A stretch of DNA of 64,000 nucleotides from Carcharhinus amblyrhynchos (taxonomy: Eukaryota), in NCBI GenBank assembly GCA_965287045.1, contig OZ336881.1, positions 53,630,001-53,694,000 on the forward strand. Reading direction: 5' to 3'. Of this stretch, positions 25,305-37,699 are shown piece after piece. The notes beneath the pieces are model-generated. The model was not told where the DNA came from, did no database searches, and saw only the letters and a list, made by a program, of their open reading frames with translations. Numbering within the stretch: the stretch's first letter is position 1; each line of letters begins with the position of its first letter. Both the position numbers and the translations under genes were made by a program.

Positions 25305-25794
25305 TACATTTGTTACAAAGTTAAGAGCTTTTCAATTACATTAAAAATATTGATGAATGCATGTTTTTAGGATAGCGAGAAGCACAAATAAAGACAATGA
25401 GATTTTCAGAGTTGAAGCAACTTGTTTGATTCTTTCTCTACATAGTTCAATTTAGTTGTATAATGGGAGTTTTATTTGGATCACTGTCAATTGCATAAAA
25501 TTGTTGCTAATGATTTGGGAGTGGAGATGGTGGATGGGTAGATGCGCCAGTAGCACTCGAAGAAGAGAACTCAAATTACTTGCCATTTCTCCAGTTACAA
25601 GTGGAGGCCAAATATTACTCATCTTGTTGGAATGTGTCTATAATGTGTTTCAACCTTCTATCTTGTTAAAGGAGGAACGGCAAGAATTAGGGAGAAAGAA
25701 CCTGAACACCATCATATGTTTGGGGAGGGGACACCTATTGTATACCATGCATGTACAGCTAATATGCAACTCCCAAAATAATTCAAAGTGTCAA

Positions 25795-26005
25795 ATTTGT
25801 GGAGTAAATCCCACTTTTTTTTTCGGCGGGAGTTACAAAATGAATCTCCCACACTCTGCATCACAGAGAACCCTAGCATGAATTACTCCAAATATCTGTG
25901 GGCGGGGTCTATTCCCGCTGGAGAGGCCAGCAGCATAGCGCTGAATGGGCCCATGTGCATGCACCGTATTTGTCAGTGCCGAGATCGGTTCGTGCGCATT
26001 AAGCC
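25795..26005. mobile_element. Harbinger-type MITE fragment
   Basis: CpG-rich island resembling the reverse complement of 60540-60700. Confidence 0.5.
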
Positions 26006-27155
26006 AAAAGCAGGAGCCACAGTGAAGAAAATTATATGTTACAAAGAAGAAAGTGTTGACAATTAAATCTTAATAACTAAATAACTGTTTCTACCATTAA
26101 ATCTGGTTCAGTTGATATCTTTATATTCCCTTACAACTGAATGTGAAAAGTCCAGAAGAAATATTCTATTGCATCTGGAAAATAAAGAAAATGAAAAATG
26201 CCCAATCATGGAACTTGTGTATAATGATGCCCGTGGATTATCTTTGATTTGTACCACTTACATATGATGACATTAGCTTCATTCCCTAAACTTGAGCAGC
26301 TGAAACAGTTAATTTATCTTAATGTTTACAGATTTTGCACCAGGTCTAGTTTTACATCTGGGCTACACAGGTCCACCTATGTTCAGTTGTCATATCACTC
26401 TTCTGTTCCATTAATTTGAAAGTTCAGTAATGGTAATCATGGTATAATACATATGCAGAACCAATTTAAGAATTCTTGGGGTCCTCCACAAACCCTGCAC
26501 AACATTAGAACATAAATGTGAAATCAATGTGTAATAATAAAGTTCATGAAGAAACAGGCATGTAGAATGTCTATACAGTACATTAATATTAAAGTAAATT
26601 CAATCACAATATGAAATATTTAAAATAATACCAGTTATACTCAGTTGTCCCATGTTAAAATGGGTTTTACATGCTTTAATCTGCCCTGATTCAATGAAAA
26701 CTACAGGATATAATTATCAATCCCCTGATCCCAATGTGGATTTGTGCCTGGCGAGAGGGCTGTATATCTGTGTTTCCAACATGTGTTTCCTTTGAGTATG
26801 GTTCTCCATTGGGACTACAGGATTAGTGAATTTAGCCAGCGAGTTTAATCTTTGAGAGAGCTCGTGTTAACTGATTCTATGAACGTGATTGCATATTTTT
26901 GTAAAGGAAGTTGCTTTCTTTGTTGATTCATTTCAGCATTTACTTATTCACTCAAATGATTGGTTCACAATTCGAAATCAAACAGTCCCACAGCTAAGCA
27001 GGTGTTTCCCTTTCAGACAGGTACTATTTGGCTTAAAGTAAAAAACAGTCACATTTACCACGTTTCTCTGGGATATTGGTCTCAAAGCAGGAGGGATAAC
27101 AAATAAGTCTGAGCATTGGTAATGATGAGGAATTATTGATGTAAATGATACTCAC

Positions 27156-27223
27156 TCTTGGTTATGGGGGTCCTGGGAAAAGTGGACAAGTCTGTCATTA
27201 CTGCCAGGCCCAGGAGTGTTAAT
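27156..27223 (-). CDS. Candidate 68-nt internal exon of an unidentified host gene
   Basis: Acceptor aatttgttttccttttccAG and donor GTGAGT. Open in two frames (INTPGPGSNDRLVHFSQDPHNQ or LTLLGLAVMTDLSTFPRTPITK). Lies in repeat-free DNA. Protein not recognised. Confidence 0.45.
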
Positions 27224-27722
27224 CTGGAAAAGGAAAACAAATTGCTTAGAAGAGTCCATGATGTATGTTGAGCTGTCAAAGCCAAAGATACAGTGATCCT
27301 CTGTAGAGGGACTACGTTCCACCTCTGGAGGTGAATATTTATCCTAGTAATGAAAAGGCCAGCAGTCAACGAAGACATAATATACTAATGGAGCCAAAGG
27401 ATTTGACTAAAGTGAACCTGTATTTTTCTTCTACTGCTACCTCATTTGCTTTGATGCAAGAATAATTTTCTTAATTCCTTATTTTGCATGTTTGGAAGAA
27501 ATGTAAAAAATCTCAATTTAACAAATTTATTTTTGAAGAAGACAGTCAGCAAAGACAAAAGCTCCAACATATTGAGACTTAGTCATCTTTCAGGTTTTAC
27601 TTATTTCAATAAAATCAGTTCAATCTGATTAGCCTAGTTTGATTGGCATTAGAAAAATCGGAATTTTCTGTTGCCGCCAAAACATACTGGCTAAGCCCCA
27701 ATGTAAAGAGCAACAGAGCTAA

Positions 27723-27901
27723 GGAGTGGGATTTTCTTGCCCTTACTGCTGGCTGGATCTTCCGGTCCAGCTGAGGGCAACCCCCCACCCACGGTGGGAC
27801 GAATTAACATCACACAAAACAGCACTGATATCGGCAGGATAGGAAGCTCCCTACTCCACCTCTGGGGAAGACATGCCGGGGGGATTGGAAAATCCTGCCC
27901 C
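27723..27901. mobile_element. Palindromic MITE
   Basis: Ends ggagtgggattttc / gaaaatcctgcccc. Confidence 0.7.
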
Positions 27902-28525
27902 TAGTTCTAGGCAATACATATTTGAGACATTGTATAATTTTAAGTTTGCTTTCCAAATCTACTGCTTCTAAAAACCCAACAGAATCTAATTAAAACTCAT
28001 GCAAAACTCATGAAGTACTTCTAGCAGATTTCAAAATAATGCTTAATCTAGATCTGTCTCTTTTCTGTTACAAAATAGTGGTGTGGAGTTAAAAGAAAAG
28101 TATATTTCTTAATAAAGATTAAAACTGTATGGAACTAAATATCTTCTTAGTTTTACATGTAATTTAGTGTATTAAGTGTTGGAACCAACATTAAGTTGAG
28201 GGGGGTGTGTAGAATGGGGAAAAATACTGATAAATGAATATCTTATGGTGATAATATATATTCGCTAGAATACCTGCAAAATGATTTATATTTTATTCAC
28301 AAACAATATTTTTTCGAGCCAAACAAATACACAAACTCATGACCCAAGTCCAGAATATTTCATTTGAAAAAAATCTGCAAAATAAAATTTTATTATGATT
28401 CACTGACGAGCTTTGCTGGAATTTATTAATCCATTTTTTACACCATGGTGGCAAGACAAGCAGCCTATGCATATTTCACGCTGAGTTAAGGGTTCATGAT
28501 CATATTATTTCATGGCTGACACAAT

Positions 28526-28652
28526 GGGTGGGATTTTACAACCACACTTGCCCCAAGATTAGGAAATCCCACCCGAGTACAGTGGAGTTTTGCATGGTCT
28601 ATGTCCCACCTGCTACGATTCGCATGGCGGCCGGGATGGGAAAATTCCACCC
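28526..28652. mobile_element. Harbinger MITE with 3-bp TSD
   Basis: AAT|gggtgggatttt ... aaaattccaccc|AAT. Confidence 0.85.
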
Positions 28653-29409
28653 AATGTTTTTATTCAGTTGTATATTATGAAACATGTGGAAGGAAAGTGT
28701 TTCCCTCACTCAAATCGTTGACTGTTTTTTCCACACAATATTAATCCTGTCTACTAACATGCAATCATTAAAAAGTTGCAAATTCAAAAAAAAACCCTTG
28801 TGTGACAATTCTGGGATTTCTTAGCATCAACGAGATAAAAAAAAACGAATACTAGCTAAAGGAATACAGTGACATTTACTTTACTGTAAATGATGCACAA
28901 ATAAACAATCTAAAGTGGATGTTACTTTTGCAGTTTGAAAGAAAACTGTTCTATAACCCTTTTACAGTGATAATTCCACCTTAATCTTTGGTTTTACCTT
29001 TTAAAAGATATTTTGATTTGTTGATAATATACCAAAGTTAACCATTGTCACATAGATAATAAATTACAATTGTTATAACCTAGTGACCTCTTGTTCAAAA
29101 TAATTTTCACCATTATTGCTGATGATGATTGAGAACTCTGCACACTCTTATAAAATCGATGTATAATACAGATATAACTTTGGTGCTCCTGAGGTAATTT
29201 TTTCAGCACGAATTTAGCTCTGCAGTATGGGATTTTCCAAAACAAAAGTACAATGACCAGAAACTTTAGCATTATTTATTTTATTCCAAACTATTTTGGA
29301 ATACCAATAACAGAACTTTATAATTAAACAAAGTAAAAGATTCCAATCAACAAACCAAGATAACCAGACATGAAGCCACTACTTCCCTCATCATCAACCT
29401 GAAATTGTT

Positions 29410-29538
29410 GGCTGAAATTCTCCAAACTTGCTCGTGGCTGGGATTTTCCAGTCCCTGCTGCAGTGAACAGAGATTTGCCTGAGTGCCAAATTCTCTGTTT
29501 TCGGTGGCAGGCTGAGAAAGGCTGGAGAATTCCAGCGG
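29410..29538. mobile_element. Short palindromic MITE
   Basis: ggctgaaattctcca ... tggagaattccagc; family of 4988-5124. Confidence 0.75.
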
Positions 29539-29632
29539 TTAACTGTTTCTCTCCACAGATGCTGCCTGCCTTGCTTAGTATTTCCAGCATTTTTGTTTTT
29601 AGATTTCCAGCGTGCGCAGTATTTTGCTTTTG
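29539..29632 (+). mobile_element. Penelope-derived pLTR element, truncated (ribozyme core lost)
   Basis: ttaactgtttctctccacagatgctgcc...ttccagcatttttgtttttagatttccagc..gcagtattttgctttt. Confidence 0.75.
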
Positions 29633-30077
29633 TGTTGGACAGTCTGGTCTGTGCAAAAAATTAGGGAAGTGCCATAACTGTGTATTTATAAAAATTATTC
29701 ATTTATAACAGGAAAAGACAAACTTAACTGTTCCCTCAAATCAGAGCAATTAACAAAAACTGTTTAATGTACTTTCTTCACATTTTATTCTACTTTCAGG
29801 TCCACTTTCATAAATGTAATCATTAAATTAATTTTCTGACAGTACGTGAAATACATTTACTGTTGTGCATACATACGACGGTGTCAAATCACACCATTAA
29901 TATAATTGCAAGTTATATAAATGACAACAGAATGTGCGATCAATTGCCTTTTGAAGATGTAAAATATTTTTATTTGTCTCAGCTATATCAAGCCATCTTA
30001 TATAAGTATATTAATCTAACAAAAGCCATCATTTTGTCTCGAACTACTGTCCAACTGAAGTGAACGATGACGACCAA

Positions 30078-30952
30078 AAAAAGTAAAGCACAGGAACAGG
30101 CCCTTCGGCATATCAAGCATATGCCAATCATGATGCCCTAACTGAACTAAAAAAAACCTTCTGTCCTTACTCAGTCTGTATCCCTCTATTCCTTCTCTAT
30201 TCAGGTGTCCTTCCAGATGCCTCTTAAATGTTGCTGATGTGCCTGTTCTACCACCTCCACTGGAAGCACGTTCCAGGCACCCACCAGTCTCAGCATGAAA
30301 AACTGCCCCCGCACATCTCCCCTAAACTTTCCCCCTCTCCTCTCAAACCTGTAATTGACCCATCGTAATTAATACTTCCACCCTGGGAAAAAGCCTTTGA
30401 CTCTCCACCCTGTTTATGCCTCTCAGAATTTTGTAGATCTCTGTCAGGTCTCCCTTCCCCAGCTTTCCTTTGAAAACAATCCTAGTTTACTCAACCTCTC
30501 CTCATAGTCAACACCCTCGGGACCAAGCAACATCCTGGTGAACCTTCTTTGCATCCTCTTCAAAGCTTCCATGTCCTTCTGGTAGTGTGGTGACCAGAAC
30601 TGCAATACTCCAACTGCAACCTAACCAAGGTTTCATATAGCTGCTGCATCATTTCCTAACTCTTGTCCTCAGTTCCTCAGCTGATGAAGGCAAGCATGCC
30701 ATATGCCTTGCCTTCATCAAAGTTATTTCTTGGCCACCTGCGTTGCCATTTTCAACGAACTGTGGACCTGCATGCTCAGATCCCTCTGCTTGTTTATGTT
30801 CCTAAGGATCCTGCCATTTATACAATAATTTGCACCTAAATTTGATCCTCCAAAATGTATCACCTTGCAAATGTCCAAATCTTCCATCTATCTACATCCT
30901 ATTGTATCCTCTGATAATCCATGGCACTATCAGCAACTCCACCAATCTTCGC
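30078..30952 (-). mobile_element. CR1 (HER1-like) 3' portion
   Basis: Tail gcacaggaacaggcccttcgg; degenerate RT C-terminus (ttctggtagtgtggtgaccagaactg = QFWSPHYQK); same family as 38362-39112. Confidence 0.85.
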
Positions 30953-31174
30953 TGTTTTACTTGTCTACATTATTTATAATCTAAAAATTCATTAAAACAG
31001 AAACCATTTCCTTAATCTATCATTGTGGCTGTTTTCATTTTTAGATGACAGAAAAACAATTCAATTCTACATTTCTCCACTAAACAACTGTACACAAATG
31101 TTTAGTGATTGATTCAATCAACATCTGAAACTGGGAGTAGGAGATGGTGGGATGACTTGAAGAGAAGAGATAAG

Positions 31175-31295
31175 GAGCGGGATTTTCTGGCCACACATGG
31201 CCTAAGATCAGAAATTCCTGCCTAAACTCAGTGGACCTCTATATTGTCTGCTCACTGTGATTCCCACAGTGTGCTAGACAGAAGAATTTCGGCCA
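31175..31295. mobile_element. Short MITE (family of 28526-28652)
   Basis: gagcgggattttctggcc ... gaagaatttcggcc. Confidence 0.65.
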
Positions 31296-31991
31296 AGTTT
31301 CCTGCATTGGTACCAACAATTACATCAAAGTATGAAGTTATCTTTGGAGCATTTTAGTGCTATTATGGGGAGCTGTAGAAGGAGGGGTGAAGTAGAGGTG
31401 GACAATGAGAAAAACAAAATTAGTTGATTCATTTATTTGCTGTTAAATACATCTACACAAAACAGAGACAAATAACTTTCTGGGGTAAGCTAGCCATTGC
31501 CACATAAATCTTCTTAATCAAAAAATTGTTTCTACGTATATTTCAAACATATCAGCATTGACTTCTCCTCCAGAATTACTACGCAATAGTACAAGCTGAA
31601 GATACCAACAAATAAGGGGATAGGTATCAGAAGGCCTCTAGTGTGGGTTAACTATCCCAACATTGCAAAGAACAATAAATTTCATGAAAAGGGAGGCTTG
31701 ACTGCTTCTTTTATCGTATAGTGGAGGGAAAATCATAATTGAGTTTCACCAGGAGTTTATGAGCTCATTTTAAATCAAATTTCTAGGTGATTATTGTACC
31801 TTCAAATATAAAACAGCAAAATAAGTGAGTTTTTAAAATTTTGACAATACATTTGTTATAACTTCACTTACATCCAGAATATTAAGATGCAAAATACTAT
31901 AAGTCTGTCTCCCCATCATGGGTTGGCTGTTATTCAGGCTTGGTTGCCTTAGTCAATTTCCAAACAATGTGCTAGATTAGCTGTGTTTTGA

Positions 31992-32072
31992 GCGCATGTG
32001 TGCGCATACATATGTGTGTGCATGTGCACACGTACATGTTTGTGTGTGTATGTGTGTACGTGTGTGGGTGTG
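31992..32072. repeat. Degenerate (TG)n microsatellite
   Basis: gcgcatgtgtgcgcatacatatgtgtgtgcatgtgcacacgtacatgtttgtgtgtgtatgtgtgtacgtgtgtg. Confidence 0.85.
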
Positions 32073-34112
32073 GGGAGTTAGTGAGGAAGGAGGGGGAGGA
32101 GGAGAAGAGAGACTATTGAGCAGAATAAAAATACTGAATAGATATACAGACTAAAATGCTGATTCGAGTAGTAGATTAGAGTATGGTATTAATGGCAGTT
32201 TTGGAAAAATCCGCAGGCCTCTTGCTTTGTTCATTATTTAAGAGCAAGGCGTGGCTTATGCAAGTTATGGTCTCTTGTATTTGTATTCAATATGATTTTA
32301 CTTTTCCTCTTATTTATAAATATGATGCAATTTGACTGTGGCATGACTGTAAAGCATAACTAGGTTCATGGATAATGAGACAATCTGTACGTCATATTTC
32401 TTTATGGTCTTGATGTGGGGTTGTATTGATGAACTCGGTACATATTCTGGGAATAATGAAAGTCACATTGAGAAATCACTTGTGGGAAAGGGTCACTCTC
32501 TTGCATCATCGAAGCAATACTAAATTTACATTACAAAGATTTTATAATATACCTGAATGATTTTCTTTATGTAAATAGATAAAAGGGCAAAACTGATATC
32601 TGACGATGTGTCAGTGCAAGCATATGTGTATTCATATAAAATATTTCCAATGAAAATAAATAATAAACATGTGTTTCTTGCTCTAATCGCAAAATTCTGA
32701 TGTTTGTAGTCTTCAAAAGTTTAGCAAAAGATAAATGTGTGAGCAAACAGGTAACTTTCATGGTTAATTAGTATAGGAATACAGTTAGGACATCAGAAAT
32801 TGGTCAATGCATTTGATTGAGTAAACTACCGTTAATATTCCAATTGAAACTGATTTTTAACTGCTTCTAAGTCTGCACAACTTCACATTTATCAAAACAG
32901 ATCAATTGTCCAGACTCCAGTAAACGTTTCTCCTGCTGAAATCATTTATCTGCTTTCATTACTGTGTGAGATGATTTCCTCATCAATCTCCATGATCAAT
33001 TTATCATTGTAACTGTAAATCAAGATTTGTCTCATAAATTCATTTCTACATAAATTATTTCCAGATACAAAAACATTGCATTTGCAATAAAGAACTGGGA
33101 CATGATTTTTGTTACACTGCATTTGAAGGATCTTTGAAGTATATTTTAATGATCTTTCCTTTTTATTGTTCATGTGTTCACTTTGTTGTTGCTGTCCATG
33201 TCAACATTTTGGAATTAAAGTGCAAGCTGGTAACTATCATCAATTGAGTTAAGTTTCACCATACAGGTCTTGAGAGTGATTGCTTTATTGGTGTAGATTT
33301 TCTTTCTCTTTTCCAATTTTTTCCCATGGCCTTTCTCAGACTACCTTTGCATTGGATATGCTGGTACCACCGTGGAATTCATTGTTCACTCCATGTTTTA
33401 TCTATATTGAACACAATGGGAGTGAACAGTATCTAGTCACAATGGCAAAAGATGAGTTTAGTGGTGTTCCATAAGGATCTGGACTTTGGAATCAACAACA
33501 TACTTCCTAAATTTGCTGATGAAACCGATCTTTTGCGGAGGGAATGGGAGGGGTGAGGGGAGGTAGTCAACAGTGAGGCAGACTGCAACGAATTACAGGA
33601 GGGCATCAATAAAATTGCAGAACTGGCAAATAATACTGAGAAACATGAGGTAGTACATTTTGGTAAGAAGAATAGGGAGGTAATTTATTACTGAGAAGTT
33701 GCGAGTCTAGGTAGGGTAGACAAACAAAGAGATATTAAAGTACACATACACCAATCACCAAAAGTTGTGTCACAAGTTAGCAAGGTTATAAAAAAGCAAA
33801 TCAAGCAACATTTATTTCTAGAGGATAGAACTGAACAGCAGGGAAGTTATGCTAAACCTATATTGAACCTTGGTTATAGCACATTGAATAGTACTGCATG
33901 TATCTCTGGTTGCAACATTATAAAGAGGATATAGAGGCACTGGAGAAAGTGCAGAGAGGATTTACCAGGCTGATGCGAAAAATATTAGGGTATATGTATC
34001 AGGAAAGGATCTCTTTTCTCTTTGAAAAAAGGCTGGGGGTAGGGGGGAGGGGTTGATCTAATGTAAGTCCTTAAAATTATGAAAGGTTTTGGACAGTGGA
34101 TGCAGAGATAAT

Positions 34113-34749
34113 GGGTGGAATGTTGCCATTTTTTGTCAAGATGTCAGCTCAGGGGGTAAAAGCAGATTGCAGCCCAGTAGCTGTACTGCCGGCTTTTCCA
34201 GCCATATTTCTTTGTCAAAAAAAGATAAGGAATGGGTCCCATGACACACGCAGGCATGGTGGGCTCAAGTAGAAATCTCTGGACAGGCATGATATAAATA
34301 AACTAAAAATAGGAAAACGAACATCCACAGACACAGAACTCATGGAACAACAACAACATGGAAAACAGGAACCATGAGAACCCCTGGTGACGTGCATATT
34401 AGAGGGAAGATTAATGAGGAATAATTTAAAAGCTCACTCTTTGGCCCTGCAAAGAAACATCACAGAAGGCACTTTGTCAAACTATATAACATGGAAAACA
34501 TGAACTACGAGAACCCCTGGAGACATGAAGGAGAGTCCTCAAATGGAAAACAGGAACCATAAGAACCCCTAGTGATGAGAAGGAGAGTCTAACATGAAGG
34601 GGTCATCAGGCGCCGGTGGGGGGAGGGCAGGGACAATCGAGCAGGGAAACCTCACTGGCATTAAAGCCATTTTGGGTCTCCTGATTGACTCTCTATTGCC
34701 TCCACTGCTCTGATCCCCTGAAAACTGGGGAGGACAATCCCCCCTGCCA
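34113..34749. mobile_element. Harbinger-type MITE with an internal complex insertion
   Basis: AAT|gggtggaatgttgcc ... gacaatcccccctgcca|AAT interrupts CR1 coding DNA; interior contains iterated ~52-nt units and an inverted copy of 35746-35839. Confidence 0.6.
34355..34600 (+). repeat. Three copies of a ~37-52-nt unit (atggaaaacaggaaccatgagaacccctggtgac...gaaggagagtc)
   Basis: Copies start at ~34355, ~34488 and ~34541; a fourth partial aacatgaa lies at 34591. Confidence 0.85.
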
Positions 34750-35121
34750 AATGTTTCAATTGTGGGGAAGTGTACAACTAGCAGTCATCAGTATAAAATA
34801 TTCACCAAGGAGCCAGATAGTAAATTCAAAATAAACTTCTTTACCTGAAGAGTGGTGAGAACATTGAGCTTGGAATAGCATGGGTGCATTTAGGAGGAGG
34901 CTAGACAGACGCATGAGGTGGAACTGATTAGAGGATTATATTGATGGACTTAGATGAGGAAAAACAGGAGAAGCCTTGACTGGAACAAAAATGCCAGAAT
35001 GAATTGGCTGGGCTGACTGACCTGTTTCTGTGCCATACACATCAAATGCAATCCTATATACGATGAAGAGACTTTCTAACCAAACTCACTTGAATAAAGT
35101 ACAACAGTATGTTTGACATAA

Positions 35122-35190
35122 AAAAAAGCTGGAAAAGGTCAGCAGGTCAGGCAGCATCTGTGGAGGCAAACAGAGTTAACGTTTCAAGGT
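35122..35190 (-). mobile_element. Penelope-derived pLTR fragment
   Basis: gctggaaaaggtcagcaggtcaggcagcatctgtggaggcaaacagagttaacgtttc; retains only the GAAACGTT half of the ribozyme. Confidence 0.7.
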
Positions 35191-35192
35191 GA

Positions 35193-35576
35193 GGAGATGA
35201 TGGCATAATGGTAATGTCACTGAACTAGGAATTCAGAAGCCCAGCTAATGCTCTGTGGACATGGGTTCAAATCTCACAACAACAGCAGTTGGAATTCAAA
35301 TTCAATCAATATATCTGGAATTAAAAGCTGGTCTTAGTAATGGTTAAATTGAAACTATCATTGATTATCTTAAAATCTGGCATCCGGCAAGCTGATATCC
35401 TTTAAGGATGGAAATCTGCTGTCCCTATCTGCTTTGGCCTACACATGACCAAAGCAATGTGGTTGACTATTAACTGGGCTCTGAAATGGCCCAGCAAGCC
35501 AGCCAGTTCAAGGGCAATTGGGGATGGGCAAGAAATGCTTTGCCAGTGACACCCACAACCCATGAAAGAATGAAGA
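35193..35576 (+). mobile_element. tRNA-derived SINE with CR1-derived 3' tail
   Basis: A-box tggcataatggtaa, B-box gggttcaaatctc; tail caagggcaattgggatgggc...gccagtgacacccac..cccatgaa shared with LINE 62990-63072. Confidence 0.8.
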
Positions 35577-37027
35577 AATCAGAACACCTTTAGTTTGATT
35601 TTTGGGGTATGCACTGCCCTGGCAATTTCACGGAAGACTGGAGTGAATTCAGGATCACATGTGGTCCAAATTATGTTGACTTATCTTGGCGTCTTGGTAT
35701 ATGCAGAAATAATATTTTAGGTTGACTATCTTTATTCAGGTTATTTTATATAGATTGACAAAGTGCCTTCTGTGTTGTCTCTTTGCAAGGCTAAAGAGTG
35801 AGCTTTTAAATTATTCCTCATTAATCTTCCCTCTAATATTGAGAATTGGCTTCATGATTAGTGTCCAGAGGTTCATGCAGTACCCACTTGAGATTGACCA
35901 GGGCACTGTACAGTTTCAGTAACAGACTCTGGTGATCTGAACTTAACTTATTTGACAACATAATCATAGTATGTTTCTCATTATCAGTTAAAAAATGATA
36001 CTGACAAAGGACTGGGAACAGGCTGTCTGCCAACATGGTGGGGAATGGGGCTAGGTGGAGGGCTATTTTGCATTAGCAAGATAGTTTCCAAGGGGGAACA
36101 AATTATCACCTGCCATATATATTATCTCCCATTGAGGTATGCTGGTATAAGAAACTGTCCAGTGTAGGAACCTTATCTGGATTGTAAAAAAAGTTTTTCA
36201 TAACTAGAAAACTGTGGCTCGAGGCATCAGTTGACAATGGACTTGGGTCAGAGGGTTGTGAGGCAAGTGTCTTAACTGGTGTGCTGCTGCATCGCTGTCT
36301 AAAACAATTATCTGTAGAAGCTGCACTGTCAGACATCAAAGCCTATTTTGTGTCTTATGCCAGAGGTTACAGTGTTTACCAAACCAGAATGTCCTGCAGA
36401 ACACTGGTGTCATTTAACATTATTCAGATACTGATGAGGTTAAAGAAGAAATTCTGCTAAAATGGCACTCGTTTTTAATGAGTTTGCTGTTTGTTATTTG
36501 CTACCAAATTGACCTAAAACTGTTCATAAAAATAATTGATATGAGGATACAGCATGTGTCCTTGATGTATACAATGAACTGACTTAACCCCATAACAAAG
36601 GAGTTACTAAATGACCGAATGAATCAGGGTTGTGAATTGCAAAAATACAGTCCCTGTGACATACGTATATGTTATTCATGTAATGAAAATGCTGAAGTGT
36701 CAGTGCCTTTTTCATTGTCTATTTTTATGAATAGGATTAACTGGGGGTACATATTCCTGTAATGTCAAAGTAACATCCAATGGAATCTAGAAATAGGGTT
36801 GGATGCATAACACTTAAAACAAGAGCTGGAGAATGTACTTTTTTTGTAACCACTTTCCATTTACACCATATTATGTGTAATTAAAGGCCTGGATTTTGCT
36901 GTCAGTGTTCATAATCTTTATTCCACCATAATGGACAGCAGCTAAGGGAATTTGGACATGTGCAAATAACATGGAAATCCAGAAGTTGCTGTCAGTGAGT
37001 CGATACTCCACCATAGAGTGCACTGTA

Positions 37028-37120
37028 TCATAAGAATCAGGAGCAGGAGTGGGCAATTTAGCCCCTCGAGCCTGCTCCATCACTTAATACGATCATGGCT
37101 GATCTCATCTTGGCCTCACT
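37028..37120 (-). mobile_element. CR1 3' tail fragment nested in a MITE-like element (~36887-37300)
   Basis: cataagaatcaggagcaggagtgggc...gcccctcgagcctgctcc...gatcatggctgatct matches 22000-22080. Confidence 0.8.
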
Positions 37121-37699
37121 GTAGAAATTTCCACAGACTGCTTTTCTCTCTGCAATAATGAATTGAAGAGAACTTCAATTCTAGCCCTGTTACTTTTGCT
37201 GCTGTGGAAAAAGGTTGCATCCTGTTGAATGAGCTGTAACTTAATTTTTACTGGTACACTAATTTCATAATTAACACTAAACACCCTTAGTGGCCATGAA
37301 AAATTAATTTTATATTTGTGGAATGTCAAGTTTCTCCACAATGATTAAAAACATATAAAGGGTCTTATCTTCACTTTAGCTTTTATCTTAATGCAGTCAT
37401 AAGTGTATTTCAACATTTGGAAGTTAAAAATAAAAGTGAAGGATTTTAAGTGTTTTAATTACTTGGCTTGACTGCTTTTAGATAAGCCCACAGTTTCTCT
37501 GTGTCGCTCTTGGCTTTCTCCAAAGAGACATCGCTGACTCCTCAAAAGCAGCATTCGCAACTGCCCTATCCCACTCACTGACCAATTTTCCCACCAGAGG
37601 GCCTAGGGGACTGATCTTGCCAATGTCCTCCTTATCCAAATCACCTCTCTTACATCCTGTAGACTGACAGTAGTATAGCTATCACTACCCCCCTCCAAA

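Larger units (their letters stand above)
33340..35060 (+). mobile_element. Decayed CR1 ORF2 and 3' UTR, split by the insertion at 34113-34749
   Basis: aaatttgctgatga (KFADE), gtagtacattttggtaagaagaatagg (VVHFGKKNR), KEDIEALEKVQRGFTRL; resumes at 34750 with atgtttcaattgtgggg. Confidence 0.75.

Noticed and set aside
32946-33015. Possible terminal exon YNDKLIMEIDEEIISHSNESR*
   Set aside because: Weak polypyrimidine tract, unrecognised peptide, no supporting context
34355-34600. Repeat-spacer-repeat pattern resembling a CRISPR array
   Set aside because: Only three degenerate units with irregular spacing, eukaryotic TE context, no cas genes; better explained as a templated insertion
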